Shown: positions 24,893 through 38,810 of the stretch, piece by piece
Numbering within the stretch: position 1 is the stretch's first letter
Layout of the letters: each line of letters opens with the position of its first letter
Assembly: GCA_951406725.2 (NCBI GenBank)
Contig: OX597821.1
Coordinates: 30,938,001 to 31,002,000, forward strand
Length of the DNA: 64,000 nucleotides
Source of the DNA: Octopus vulgaris
Lineage: Eukaryota
Direction: 5' to 3'
Translations under genes and position numbers: made by a program
Notes under the pieces: model-generated
Told to the model about the DNA's origin: nothing
What the model saw: the letters and a program-made list of their open reading frames with translations, nothing else
The model's database searches: none

Positions 24893-27641
24893 AATATGTA
24901 TATATCCATATATATTTATATATGTATGTATATATATATACATATATATATATATACATATATATACATATACACATATGTATGTACATATTACTAATGC
25001 GTTTAGTTTTTAAGTGTTTGGGGAATTGAAAGAGGCAATATTGACACGATGCCTATTTAGCTATACTAGAGCCTGGAACATTTTGATTTAATTATTAACG
25101 TATTCATACTAACGAATCCTATGTCTTTAGAATTATCTGTCATTCAATCATTCTTCAACATGCATTCCTGCAGGCTTTGTACTGAAATAATTGCCATTTC
25201 ATTCTAGGACAGTTTATACAAATCAATTTGTGCTTACTAGTATCCAATTGACGAAACTCCCTTCATACTTGACACTATGTATTCGTTTATTATCAGCCAT
25301 AGAACTTTTCAAATTAGGAATAAAATACCGTTTCAGTTGTCGATCTTTCCTTTTCACTTTCTATTATCTCTCAATCACTTTCCATCTGACTAAAATATCA
25401 TTTGTGTATGTGTATATGGTTAGCGAATCACTGGAACAAATAAACACCAATTTGACTGGGCGATATTGGTTATAAAACAATGTATGTAAATACATTTCGA
25501 TTTATCTACTGGTGCCGTAAGCGTTATTCAATTAAATGTATCTTTCATCTCTGCTAAAGTGAATGATTCAAGTGTTTCTTTCATCTTTATATACCGACCA
25601 ACATCCTCTCGAATAGCCAACATTTCTACCAATAACCTCCGCTCTCGATCAACATACATTTTTCAAATAAAATCCACATACACTACTGTGTGTCTAGAAC
25701 GACATCAATGATATCAAATACAATTATATGTCTTCATCTAATAAATGCTATCTTTTCATCTGGAATGAAAATGATTCACAATCACTTATCACTATGTTAA
25801 TTCATTTGTTATTTCCTCGGTTGTGTAAAATATACAGTTGACTTCTTTCATTCATTCTGCAAATAATATTCTGAAAAAATACGACACTGTGATTTATTTA
25901 GAGCAAATACATAACCATAAATATATGTGCTGCTGAAGGTCCAAATATATATTGCTGTAATCCCTTATGCAAGAAAAGCTGTGAATCCGGACGTTCCTAC
26001 CGTATTGAGAAGTTGAACAATGATTAATGTTTCACTGAAATGCGCAGTACACCTAATTTGATAATTGTTAAGTTATGTACAAAATAACCCAACTTTCAAA
26101 AACTGACTTACTAACATTATTAGAGATATCAAGACAACAATCCATAGTAACGAAGTACTAGCTAACAAACCTAACCTATTAATTCGTAGTGTATGATCGA
26201 TCTTCTAAATCGAGAAATCCACAATTCACATCAGGCATTTAAATAAAGACGGCACTTATTAGATAATACAGGACTGGTGTAGCACAGAGATAATGACTTT
26301 AATATTGCCTTACCTGAGCTCATCAGTGTTCGAGATCCGACCTAACAACTTTATTACCCTATTATTTCACTTTTACGTTGTTATAGTCTATTATCTTTCT
26401 ATATGTATGTGGACCAATTACGTAAACGCTAGGTGCGCGTTTATGATTATTACAGACTATTTGTAACATTTTCACATAGATATACAATGAAAAGTATCTA
26501 CTATACTATACATGTTAGGGACAGGTGCATAAGAGACATAGTCTTGCATTTTAAAGACATAGCTCGAAACTCTGCACACAGAAAACAAGATTTGAAACCC
26601 CCTCTTAAGCATTCCAGATAACGTTTGTATATAAAGTGTATCGGATTACATTGTTACCGCTTCTCATCGTCAGCTATTTTATTGATCAGAGAAAACAATA
26701 AAAGGCAAAATTGATTCCAGAGAGATTCGAAAGGAGAGCGTATACTGAAGATGCAATCTTTATGGAGCGGTTCTTAAAAGGTTTTATCCGTTATATTCTT
26801 TTCACATTATTCCTAGTTGCAATATTTTAATCTAATTTTTGTGAACAAGACTTATAATATTGAAGACATGGGCGAGTCTATGACGTCGAGTCCATTACTT
26901 ACTGATATTTTATTTTGACCACGGCATCATCTGTGCTTAGAAAGTAAAGAGCCGGGGCAAATGCTGCTAAGCATTATACTCTGTGGTATCGCATAATCTG
27001 GGGAATCATTTTTTTGTTTTTGTTTATATTGCTCCTACTTCTTGTTCTTCTCTGGAACAATGTTTTCAACCCGCAAACTCCGAATGACGAATGAATCCCT
27101 ATTGTGAAAACTGAAATTAGAAATCTAAGGGAATACAAAAATTACAGATTCTTCTACATCACGATCCTCATGTATGTAATTATGGTTTTAAATTTAGGAA
27201 CAACTTATCTATATTTAGACCTTTGATAGCCGTTTACGTCCGCGCAACTCCCATCCAGCCAGCGCCCGCCCGACAACCAGAGCGCTCGACCGACAGTGCT
27301 GCACGCTTTGCGTCTCCACGATCCTCAATCTCTCTCTCAGTCTTCCTTCCTTCCTCTCCTGCAACTGGCTTCAGCAGTCGCGCACTGTTCCGCTGCTGCC
27401 GCCGAAGTTACTCGGTTTCCGTTTGGTTTCGTTTTTCTTTTTTTTTTTTTTGTTGATGATGAAAAGTTAAATTCACCTCAACCGGTTTTCAAATTAGAAT
27501 AAAGATCTGGAAAGTACTAAACACGTTAGATGCTGGGCACTTCTATTTCTTCGATATGATTGATTTTGAATGATCAAGTTAATTATCTTCATGATAAATC
27601 CCTCTCTGTCTGAATGAATGCTGCACAGACACGTGTATATT

Positions 27642-27901
27642 ACTCTTTACTCTTTTACTTGTTTCAGTCATTTGTGGCCTTTAGTTGAGACCCAGTATCG
27701 GCCTCTTTTGCCGAACCACTTGTTAAGCGAGGGTAGGCGGACAAACACAGACACACAAACATATATTTGCATATATATACATACATATATACGACGGGCT
27801 TCTTTCAGTTTCCATCTATCGAGGCTATGGTTGAAGACAATTGCCCAAGGTGCCATGTGGTTGGTAAGCAAGCTATTTACCACACAGCAACTCCTGCGCC
27901 T
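27642..27901 (-). mobile_element. SINE type A with multiple internal deletions
   Basis: Blocks colinear with 22603-23016. Confidence 0.85.
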
Positions 27902-28072
27902 ATTTGGAATAATTATGATAATTCCATGTAAACAAACTTTTATTAAAGCCCACCTTTCAAGTGGTCCGTGCAGTTTGAATCTAATCAGTTTCATAGTTCT
28001 ATATTTAAGAGATGAGGAATTATGTATATTATTTACATCTGCCGGATATTTGTCTTCATCCTGTTTGTTGTT

Positions 28073-28118
28073 AACACAACGTTTCGGCCGATATACCCTC
28101 CAGATTTCATCAGGTGTC
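28073..28118 (-). ncRNA. Minimal hammerhead motif in a PLE-type terminal fragment, stem II damaged
   Basis: Minus strand gacac CTGATGA aatctg..cggcc GAAA cg TT gtgtt; palindromic AACGTT stem III. Confidence 0.6.
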
Positions 28119-28633
28119 TTTTAAAATGTTAAATCACTTATGTGAGCATGAAAGTGAGATGAAAACACCCCCATACATAAAAACAGCATAAATACATTGT
28201 ATACTTCTATACATACATTGTATACTTGCAAACATGCATTAAAACAATTATAAATTCCTTATAACTTTCTTTGACGTGCCTTTTAATTCCCGCTGCCAAT
28301 AACGAAAGATTAGCATTCAAATTTCAGTTGTCAGTTTCATTGATCCCTTTATGAAATCAATATCCTACTTTCATCAAAAACGTATTTATCATACATACTA
28401 ATAAACCTACTTCTCAATAATAGGGCATATAAAAATGAAATCTGTGCGACTTGGAGAAATTACAGTTTACTCATAAACGAATTGCATACGATATATTCTA
28501 TATTATCTGTTGTTCTCTCTGGAGCAAAGAAAATTTCTTTCAGAACACATGTTAGCGCATGTTTGGCTACACTAATGTTACATACACTGAAGCACCTGAT
28601 GAGTTAGGTGACTTGTAACATTCCAAAATCTGT

Positions 28634-28681
<48 letters not shown>

Positions 28682-30547
28682 ACACAAACACAAATTAAAT
28701 ACACATTTCCTCTGGATATCAGATCCTCGTCCAGTAAATTATGCAAGTACTAGAGGTAGGCTTAGCTCGGTTAATTATCTATATTGTGTTATCATATTGT
28801 AGTAAACATTTTATAGATATTGATCAATAGCTTTTATCTAAGAAAAAGTTATATTGAAGTGACTGTTGCCTTAGCGTCCAGAATAAACATATATTTCTTG
28901 TTTACCGTATACGCTAATGACATATATTTATAAAAATTGAACAACATGCAACAAAGAAACGTCTAAAATTCAATTTTACTCTATATAAATGTAATCCAAT
29001 CTATTCTTGGAATTTGTTTTGAAGACATCACATAAAATTAAAGGTTCATTCTAGTAATTAATCTAAAGATATTAATCTAAAACATTGTCAGACATCTAAC
29101 CGCGGGACACAATAACAAACCAATCCCAGTGAAAAAAACTTTTAGAAGTATAATTACACAAACCAAACTCATCACAATGACTTCCGAAATTGAAAAACGT
29201 AACCCAAGGAACATATCAACATTTGTGCTGGACGAATATATTGATAATCATTTCTGTTGATATTGGAAATAATACAAGAGGATTGCAGTAGAATAGAAAG
29301 ATGTTTAGCCATTTTCTTATCGTAAATTCTGATTACTTTCTATTGTTACTAGTAAATCTAAATTTACTATAAATGGAGTCTGATGCTAAACTAATAATTT
29401 TTTCCATGGAGGCATTTGTATGGTATTTTCTATCAAATTGCCATCAAAATCTCTTTCAGAGTAAAGTACACATCTATATTTGTTTTGCATAGCTAAAAGC
29501 TATTACAATATTTCTTATTTCTTATATATCTCCTATAAACTCAACGTACACTTGTCATTTACTCCTCTTGCTTCAAGCTATGTTCAGAGTTTTAATGCAA
29601 ACGGAATATACAGTTTTATTGATAAAACTACGTGATTTCTCATTTTGTTTTTCGTTTTCTAAATCAGTTTTACAAAGAAAAAGTATATGTAAAATGCTTG
29701 TTTTTTTTCAATTAAGTTTAACAGTAACAAACGTTATACTATATATGTACAGTAAGATTGTGATAAAACTAAAGTATTTTGAGAATGGAATGGCTTACAT
29801 TTGTCATTGAGAAAGAATTAGCATTTGAAGGAAATGTACTAATTTTTACATTTGTAAGAGGTGATCAAAGTGTTCAATATGTAGTTATCTCGTTTGAACT
29901 TCTATACACGTAAGCTTTCAACTTAGTCTATTTTCTGTATAGTTTTACGCTATATAAAATTTACACGACCTCGAATGTAAACAATGGGTGATTCATTCCG
30001 ACGCTTTGTGACGAAGTTTTTTTTTTTTCAAGAGAAATACATGCTAGTCACTAGCTGAACCATAATTCTTGATCATAGCTATTACGAGCTAGCATTCTTG
30101 AATAACAATAACCTGGCGGAGATAAGCAGATTAATGGAAAAGGAGGCAGACGGGATTGGAAAGCTATACTAGAATTGATTATTATCTTATAAACAAAAAG
30201 CAAAAAACTTCTTTCGCTGGACCTGAAGTGAGAAAGAAAAATGAGAATCAAATACTGAGATTCTTTTCTCCAATGCTATGAGGACTCTACTTATCGCGCG
30301 ATATAAGCCGATGATTAGAGACCGAAATGACAATATTTAACCCAAGGCGAAAAATAGTCGAGCAGATGTCCGATCAAAATATCACAGTTGCGATTATTTT
30401 CCTCGGCGTCCCTAACTTTATATTAGTCAGTGCAGCGTAGCCTGAAAAAGTGGAGACGGATTTCAAAGAGATTTGTTTGCAGTTTTTAACAATATCAGCA
30501 TTCTAATTGCTAATAATTTTCTGTCCGTATAAACATAGAAATACCTG

Positions 30548-30875
30548 GCACTTCGTCGATTATGATGTCGAGGGTTCCAGTTTAACTGATCAACGGAACA
30601 GGCTACAAGTGAAATTGATATGCACATGGCTGAGCACTCCACAGACACGTGTTCTCTTAAAGTAGATCTCAGGGAAATCTAACGTGACACGGTGTGTGAC
30701 AAGGCTGGCCCTTTCAAATACAGGTACTACACATTTTTGCTAGCTGAGTGGAGTGGAGTGGACGAATGAAAAATAAAGTGTTTTGCTCAAGGTCGGAACG
30801 CGTCATCGTCAATTCAGCTCACGACCTTGGATCGTGAGCTGAATACCCTAAACACTAAGCCACGCACCTTCACAG
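30548..30875 (-). mobile_element. SINE type C, tail 2
   Basis: Head gcgtggcttagtgtttagggtattcagctcacgatc; CORE-like ccttgagcaaaacactttatttt..ccactcagctagcaaaaatg; partial inverted copy at about 31000-31200. Confidence 0.8.
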
Positions 30876-33800
30876 AAGTAGAAATACGTGTTATGTAGCA
30901 AACACACCAGTAGAAAAGACTTAATAAAATGGCGAGTACGAAGGATTTCTGTCAATGCCGGTGGATTGTATCTCCAGTAGGACGCTTTAGGTCATATTCT
31001 TCCAGTTAATTCAGCTGACAGAAATGTGTTGTCTAAAGTACTTGTATTTTAAAGGGCCAGCTGTGTCATATTCTGCGTCATGCTAAATCTCCATTATAAA
31101 TATGTGAGGGTTACGCGCGTCTGTAATGTGTTCACGTCCTTGCACGTTAATTTCGTATCAATTTCGACTCGTCGTCGAAACCGATAGAATGCCAGTTTAT
31201 TTTTCTTTTTGCTGTTTAACTCGATAAGTAAGTGTTTGAAAGAAAGGGTGATATTGCTATTTTTTAAGAAAAATCTGTTACCGGAAACCAGCAAGTCGCC
31301 AATCAAAATGTTAACATTTGCTACATCTACATGCTGATTTCATTTTTCCGAACATGTTTCTATGTGTACCATCAAGTAGATATGGTTAGAGAACTATATT
31401 TGTTTAGTTGAAAGCACTAATTTGTAATATGAAATATTCTACTCAGTCGCGTACCTTGGAGGAGACTAAAACTATACAAAGACAAGGTAAGCGTCTCGGA
31501 AGAATATCTTCTAAGGACATTGCTACCAAATGTTTTTAATTTTCGGTATTGAAAGACGATGCAAATCTTAGAGTACTTGTCTTTGAAATTTCGAAACTGT
31601 GATTCTTCTTGTGTGAGTATTTGAAAATTGATTACAGCTTTTCAATAAGAACTCAGTAAGAGGAAAATTTACTTAAAATAGTAGGCGGGTTAATGAGTAT
31701 GGATGAAAATGATGAAGAACAGCAATTTAGAAAGATAAATAGATTGCGATAAGCATGATAGAATGCATTGCGAGACATAATCTTAAAATATATCATTAAC
31801 AAGATAGTACAAGTAATGTTTACATGAGAGAGGAAAACAGTAAGAATGGCTAAAATGAAAGTAAGGCATCATTTAGTTATGCTGCATCGTAGAAATCAAA
31901 TTAGATAGAATATTAGAGTGTATGTGGGGTGATTTTAATTAATGCAAATAATATGTATAAAATTCAAAATGTAAGCATCAATGAACAGAATGAAACCGTA
32001 ATTCAAGTGACTTGAAGATACTTTGAAGTATTTTGAAAGAGAATTAAACATATTTTATGTTATGTGCTATCCTAAATTTCAAACAAGGATTCACCTGATA
32101 AATCTAGATCGTAATATGAGAGCATTTATATTTATAAAGGCAACATACTTTGAAGAAACTATTAACGAATTAACTGCCGTAAAATCAAATACGAAATGCT
32201 TACATAATATAAAAACTAAATAACTGTGTGGAGATATAACGATTATAGCTCTCAATCCAGTTCCACATGTTTGATAGGGGAATATCGGAGTGGAGGTGAG
32301 GGAAAGGGACCAAGTTGAAAGAACCTACGTACGTGGGTGAAATTCCCCTGTGGAGTGCTGAAATGTCGACGGTGACTGAAGATGCGAAATTCTTTTAGGT
32401 ATTCAGATGAAAATTAAGGTATCAAGATGGCAACTACAAAGAGTCCTACTTTGCAATTTGTATGTTAAATGTTCGTTTGATGATCCCCAATTCAGATCTC
32501 ATGCAGCATACATATGAACAAAATTTCTACTATTTTATCATTTCCTATATTTGTAAATACAATATCAAGTGCAACCTTTTTATTTGTATGTTTGAATGTT
32601 TATGTAAGCATGTATATGTAAAACTGTACTTGCAATTGTATACTTATATTTTGGGGAAATATTCAGTATTAAATAGCAGTAAGGTTGTGTTGAATGTTAG
32701 ACAGATGAAGATCATAGTATATGAATTTCAAAAGGACATAATTGCAGTATAATTAATAAACAGAGTTCCCACTTTATAGAAGAATCGATGCAATGCACTA
32801 AGTTAATATCAGGTCGTAAATGTATTTCGGTTTTGCTTAAATTGGTAAAAAAAATTATACTCAAAAGTTGTTTTTATCATGCTGCACTCATATTTTAGCA
32901 TGTGATTTATTTATATTTATAATATCTCGATATATATGTTTCATCCATTTAAGGAATATTACAGTTTTTATTTATTTTCAAATTTCTATTCAATTATTCT
33001 CCTACTTGGTCATTTACAAGATAGCGTGTTTTTTCAGTTCATAATTCATAGTCCTCTATAGCATGTACCGAGATACCGATAATTGATGCAGCTAAACTAG
33101 AACGTTACTTTCAGTTTTCTACTCCAGTTCAATTCAATTATATTCAAAGCAAGGTTAAATAAGTCACTTAGTATTTTGCATGTGTCTCTGAATAGAGACT
33201 GGCACGCATACTTGTATACATATATCCATACTAATTAGAATATGCATAAATACATAAATAAATGAATAAATAAATAACAAATGAGTAAAAATACAAATAA
33301 AAGTATATACACATAAAGCAACTACATTTAATCTGTTAAAATTTTTACAATTCACAGTATATTTTCAAGTTGTGGCCAAATATTGTTGAAACTGAAATAT
33401 TTAGAACACTTTTTTCCCATCTTCGTCTTCATCAATGTTGAGGATTTTCACTTAGAATTCTATTTATAAAATTGCAATCACATAAAATCATTGCCGTCAC
33501 ATTATTCGAAATATAAACATATGCACTGAATGCTAATGTTTGCCCGTCGCTAATCGGCTCAATTTATTTTGGATAAAGCGTTTCATTTCAGCTTTATTCA
33601 ACATAACTTTTTTTTTATTTTCCTTCTTGTATCCATACGCATATGTATGCACGCATGTATGTGCGTGTATGTGCGTGTATTAACGCGTTGTATTGCACTT
33701 CATCAGCTTAAATTCAAGTTGTGTTCTCTAAAATGATTTTGCCTGGTTCTTGAATCATATATGGATAAATGTTTACCATTCTCAATTTATTTAATATTTC

Positions 33801-34185
33801 TCTATGACCTATATTATTTCCAACGTTTTATTTCCGTTCCTTTATTTATTGTTTGAGTGTGCGAATTAGTGTAATGCGTATGGGAATGCTTGAAATTGAT
33901 GTTGATTTAAATCATGTTACACTCAACATCTGCTGTGTAAAATGTTACTGTATTAAAGATTAAATAAACTTTGCATGAAGTCAAATAAAATCATTCATGC
34001 GAGAAGATGCGTGCCTGTCGATTCAAGATTACATTCCGTTTGAAGACGGAATATTAGAAAATGGATGGAATTAGCATACTTTTGAGGATGGAAAAGTGAA
34101 AAAGGTAAAAACAAATATGCAATATAAGAAACAGAATTATCATGAAAACTTCGTTGCGAAATGGGGTGTGAACGTATTACTACTT

Positions 34186-34186
34186 C

Positions 34187-34246
<60 letters not shown>

Positions 34247-34333
34247 CAGCAACTGTAGTAGTAGCATTTACAGCAGCTGCAACAGTAGTAATAGTTGTTG
34301 TAGTAACAACAACAACAACAACAGAAACAACAC

Positions 34334-34378
<45 letters not shown>

Positions 34379-34393
34379 TATTAATAATAATTG
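34186..34393. repeat. (TAG)n/(CAA)n/(TAA)n compound trinucleotide microsatellite
   Basis: Direct reading. Confidence 0.95.
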
Positions 34394-35355
34394 GAGAATA
34401 ATAAGAGGCGAATGGGCTGACTTGGTATGTCAAGGGGAGTAAACGAAGCCGTATATCCAATACAATTTAAGAAAGATGAGAGAGAGCAGATAAAGAAAAT
34501 TTGGCAGGACAAGAAAATGTATTGTCAGTTCTTGAAGAATAACGATGAGATTGATTGGAACAGAACCTGGCAATGGCTGCGGAAAGGAGACTTAAAAGGG
34601 ACCACTGAGGCCTCAATGTGCAGCCTACAAGAACGAGCTCTCGGAACAAATTACTCCAAATATCACATTGATAAAACCACTGATTTGCCAGTGTTGGGCT
34701 GCTCTGAGAAGGGAGAAAATATAAGCCATACTGTTATTGCATGCTGTAAGATCGTACAACGCGAATTGAAAAGGCGACACGACATCATGGCCAGATATAT
34801 CTACTGGCTGTTGTGCGGTAAAGCAAATCTCGAGAGAGCCGAACATGTGTATGAGCACAAGCCAGAAGGAGTAATGGTAAAGAAACAGCACAAAATACTA
34901 TGGGATTTTAACATGCAGGGCGACAAAGTCATAGATGCGAGAGGGTCAGATATTGTGCTCATCCATATAGATGAAAAGGTAACATAATTTGCAGTACCAG
35001 GCAAATCGAGGGTGAAATGTAAGGAAACAGAAAAGTGTGAGAAGTACCATTCACTGCGGGATGAGATAAGAATGTTATGGGGCTTGAAGAAATTAATGAC
35101 GATACCGATGGTAATTGGAACATTAGGAGCCGTTTCCGAGTGCTTTGAAAAACATACTAAAAATACTGGAGCTGCTTTCAGGCTCGAAGTGATTCGGGAG
35201 ACAGCATTGCTGGGTATTGCTCGCATTCTGATGAGAATATTGTCTGTTTGAGTCACAGCAGAAGGCACTACTTGAAACCTTTGGTAATATGTTGTTGCCT
35301 GCTTTCAAGTAAAGAATAATCGGCAAATAAGAACTATCGGCATGTCTTTCAGGGA
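34394..35355 (+). mobile_element. R4/Dong-like non-LTR retrotransposon, 3' part (CCHC-like region and restriction-like endonuclease)
   Basis: TWQWLRKGDLKGTTE..QERALGTN..ENISHTVIAC..KRRHD..ILWDFNMQGDKVIDARGSDIV..KETEKCEKY..IPMVIGTLG..ETALLGIARILMRIL; flanked by (TAA)n. Confidence 0.9.
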
Positions 35356-35432
<77 letters not shown>

Positions 35433-35584
35433 TAATAACAATAATAACAACAACAACAACAACAAAAACAACAGCAACAACAACAACAAAAACAACAACA
35501 GCAGCAGCAACAACAACAACAACAATAACAATAATAATAATAATGATAATAATAATAATGATAATAATAATAATAATAATAATA

Positions 35585-35840
35585 TGATCCCTGGCTTACC
35601 ATCCCTGCAAGAAGTGCAAAAGATTGTCTTAACTGGTACATCACACGTATTGAGAAGAGCATTGTCGATGTGAGAACTGTTGCTGCTCATGTATTTTAAT
35701 TTAACTTAAAAAAAAAAAAATTAACGAACTACTGAGTTTGGTTTAATGGCCTACCATTGTATACTATGAGTTTCTTTGCCCTAGGAGTCGGGAAGACACT
35801 CGGCAAGAAATGGAAGCAAATTTGAAAGAAGAAAAAAAAA
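35585..35840 (+). mobile_element. Second R4/Dong-like 3' fragment (different family)
   Basis: IPGLPSLQEVQKIVLTGTSHVLRRALSM-stop plus UTR, between (TAA)n tracts. Confidence 0.8.
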
Positions 35841-35903
<63 letters not shown>

Positions 35904-35919
35904 CATAATAATAATAATA

Positions 35920-36253
35920 ACCTGTGTTCATGGGTGCCCTAGGAATGATAGCAAAAGAGGATGATTGTTACCTAGCTCAGATAACAGGAAACCCCCGAAT
36001 GGCAGAAATTCAAAAGATAGTATTCATGGGAACTACCCATATCTTACGTAAAATACTGTCTGTGTAATCTCAAATTTGAAATACTCAGTATTTTTCTTAC
36101 GTATCCTTAAACATTCTCTAGAGGAATTCTACGTGCAAAACCAAATATATGACACCCTAGGCACAACACCAATAGGACATTCTAACTTGTAATCTCTTGA
36201 GTTCTCAGCGTGAAACTTGGAGCTAACTTGTACAAATACAAAAGCAAAAGTCA
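35920..36253 (+). mobile_element. Third R4/Dong-like 3' fragment (different family)
   Basis: PVFMGALGMIAKEDDCYLAQITGNPRMAEIQKIVFMGTTHILRKILSV-stop plus UTR, between (TAA)n tracts. Confidence 0.8.
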
Positions 36254-36269
36254 AATAATAATAATAATG

Positions 36270-36338
<69 letters not shown>

Positions 36339-38722
36339 TTTCAATCTGCATTTTTGTTGGTTAGATGGAACGTTAAATCATGTTTTCTATATATTTACAG
36401 AAATGTTTAAAGTAAACAGTCTTATACCATCGTGTGGGAGATTATTTGTGCCAATTTGATATTCCTGTATTATATACATATCAGTAAGAACTACACGGAT
36501 GGGAATGTCATGTTTTGGGGGTATTAAGGGTAAAATTAAATATCTTACTTTTCCCATAAACGTTGTAATTTTCCCCCATTATATTTAATATAAAGCCTAA
36601 GCCAGAGACGAAATCTCGCTAAATCCAAATATTTGCAAGCAGAACAACCGATTGCAAGTAGAAAAAATTACTGGGCAAGAAATGTTGACTCTTATAAAAT
36701 GACACTAAACAAATTAACCATTGATTTATTATTAGCTGTAGGTCATTTCAACCAGAGCATCTTTTTAGCCGCCCTCTTTCTTCGACTCCCAAAGAAGTGG
36801 TGAATTTCTTTGGCTTAGTTTATCATTGGCTACATTTGATTACTGATGATACCGTCTACCTGACGTGCGTAATGTACTGGTGGTGATTTCATTCTCCTGT
36901 ATTATATGGAGAGAGATATCATGATAGCATGCCATGCAATTCTTTGTATTTTATGCCATATTTTATTACGATGTTTTCGCAAAGTTTTGTGTTTCTCCTA
37001 TGCATGTCCATTTTTGTTATGAACGATTTCCTATTTCGGTTTTACTGTTATGACTATTATTGTATATTATAAACTGTATTAAGGAGAATAACGGAATACT
37101 CACTGATGCGTATGGAAACACGCTGTTCTATATTTTATGGATGATTTGATCCTTATCTTCTAAACTGAAGCTTTTGCGAGACGTGTTAGCCGTAAGTTGG
37201 ATAACATTCTCTTCCTAAACTAATTTCCCCATCCTATTTTCCTTAGAATTTACCAGTGATTCGTGTAAGCAACCATTTCGTAATTCATGCGCTTCGTTTT
37301 GTTACTTGTTTGAAATGCAAAGCGATTTCCCTACATTTGTATAAAACTTTGACGCCCAAAAGTCTGTTAGATTTTTCTACGATTTTCAGCACAAATACAT
37401 ATGTTTTAAATTAGTTCTCAATTATAGAGATATAGCACTCAGTTGGTTGTGTTGTGTATTCGTATGCATCTTGAGGAAGTATAGTAACTTCGTTGTAGCT
37501 CCAGAAGGAAACCACATTAAATTTCCAGATATCACAGAATGTCACTTTTATAGATCAACCTACATTGAATTATACGCTGGTGAGGCCCATCAAAGTGCCA
37601 TCATATTTTCTCTCACGTGTCAGAATTCTTTGCTTTTTTCCTGAGAATGAATTAATATATGAAATATATATTATTTTTGACCGAAATTATGTACCAACTG
37701 GATCGTTTATGATTTTATGCAACCACTCAATTACAGCAGAATTGCATTTACTTGGAGCTTGCTAATTCTAAAGTGAATTATATATGAAAACCGAAGGCTG
37801 ATTCGTCACAACTATCAAGGATTTATTTAACATGCGTCGAGAATGTGAGCTTTGTCTTCAATGCACAGTTGTATATAAATGTATGCTGGTGGACTTGTCT
37901 ATGCGTATAATTATTTGATTGCGAAACTAATGTGTCGAATGAAAATAATAGCATCATTATATACACTAAACCACAATTCACTCATGCGATCCACGAGATG
38001 CCGTTCAAAATTTATACCACCGTATTTTTATCAAATATTTTCCCTAAGTATTTGAGTAAATGAATAACAATTCACGCATAATACATATGTATATATGATA
38101 GTGTGTTAGCGCTTGTGTGTGCGTGCGCGTGCATGACTGAGACTGTGTGTATATTAAATGAAATTCGATGAGACAAACAACGCAGCTCCTAAAATCAGCA
38201 CCCCTGCGAAGAGAGTGTGTAGAACGAAACAGTGCTTCTATTGTAGCATGTATTTCCCAGAAATGGATATGCGTAAATCACGAATTATAGAACATGCAAA
38301 ATAAGTGCGGTACGGTCATTAGGTTTATCATTTGGTTACATCTGTTTCAGTAACATAAGTGGAAAAAATATTCATTAGTGCAGCAGGCATATGACCATTG
38401 GTTATGCGAGTGTTTTGTTTTTAATATCTTATATTGCCTATATAATCCAAAGCCTGTAACAGTTTTGTCATGCTGAATGTATAAATGAATACCAATAAAT
38501 TTGAATTAATTCACCTACTTATGCATAAGCACACAAACACACGTGTGCATATATATATATCAGTTCAAAATAACTGAATATTCTGAATATTCTTCCGTCA
38601 GTTGCTAAACTCTACTACCTGAATGTTCTTAAAATTTAAATCGACATCTTTCTCTATATATCTACTTTCTCTATAACGTTATCACTTGATATGAACATTA
38701 TATATTAATGGGAAACCTCTAT

Positions 38723-38810
38723 TAATTGCTGATGATTGCTCAAAATTTTAAAACTGTTGTAATACACTATTCAATAAAATGATGTAGCGTGAAACGATCG
38801 TACCAAATTA
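38723..38810 (+). ncRNA. Type-I hammerhead ribozyme motif
   Basis: aattg CTGATGA ttgct-(~45 nt)-agcgt GAAA cgatc GTA ccaaatt; palindromic stem III ACGATCGT; homologous to 57976-58063; short (TA)n follows; stem I imperfect. Confidence 0.7.

Noticed and set aside
25860-26220. Hydrophobic minus-strand peptide suggesting a membrane-protein exon
   Set aside because: In-frame stops, no recognisable family, AT-rich bias explains hydrophobicity.
28574-28622. Hairpin aatgttaca..cacctgatgagttaggtg..tgtaacatt as pre-miRNA or HHR
   Set aside because: Large asymmetric bulge, too short for a pre-miRNA, lacks GAAA.
32370-32400. CTGAAGAtgcGAAA
   Set aside because: No stem II or stem I; chance match.
38158-38304. 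48 aa ORF with CxxC...H resembling a C2H2 finger
   Set aside because: Spacing does not fit C2H2 and there is no second His or linker.
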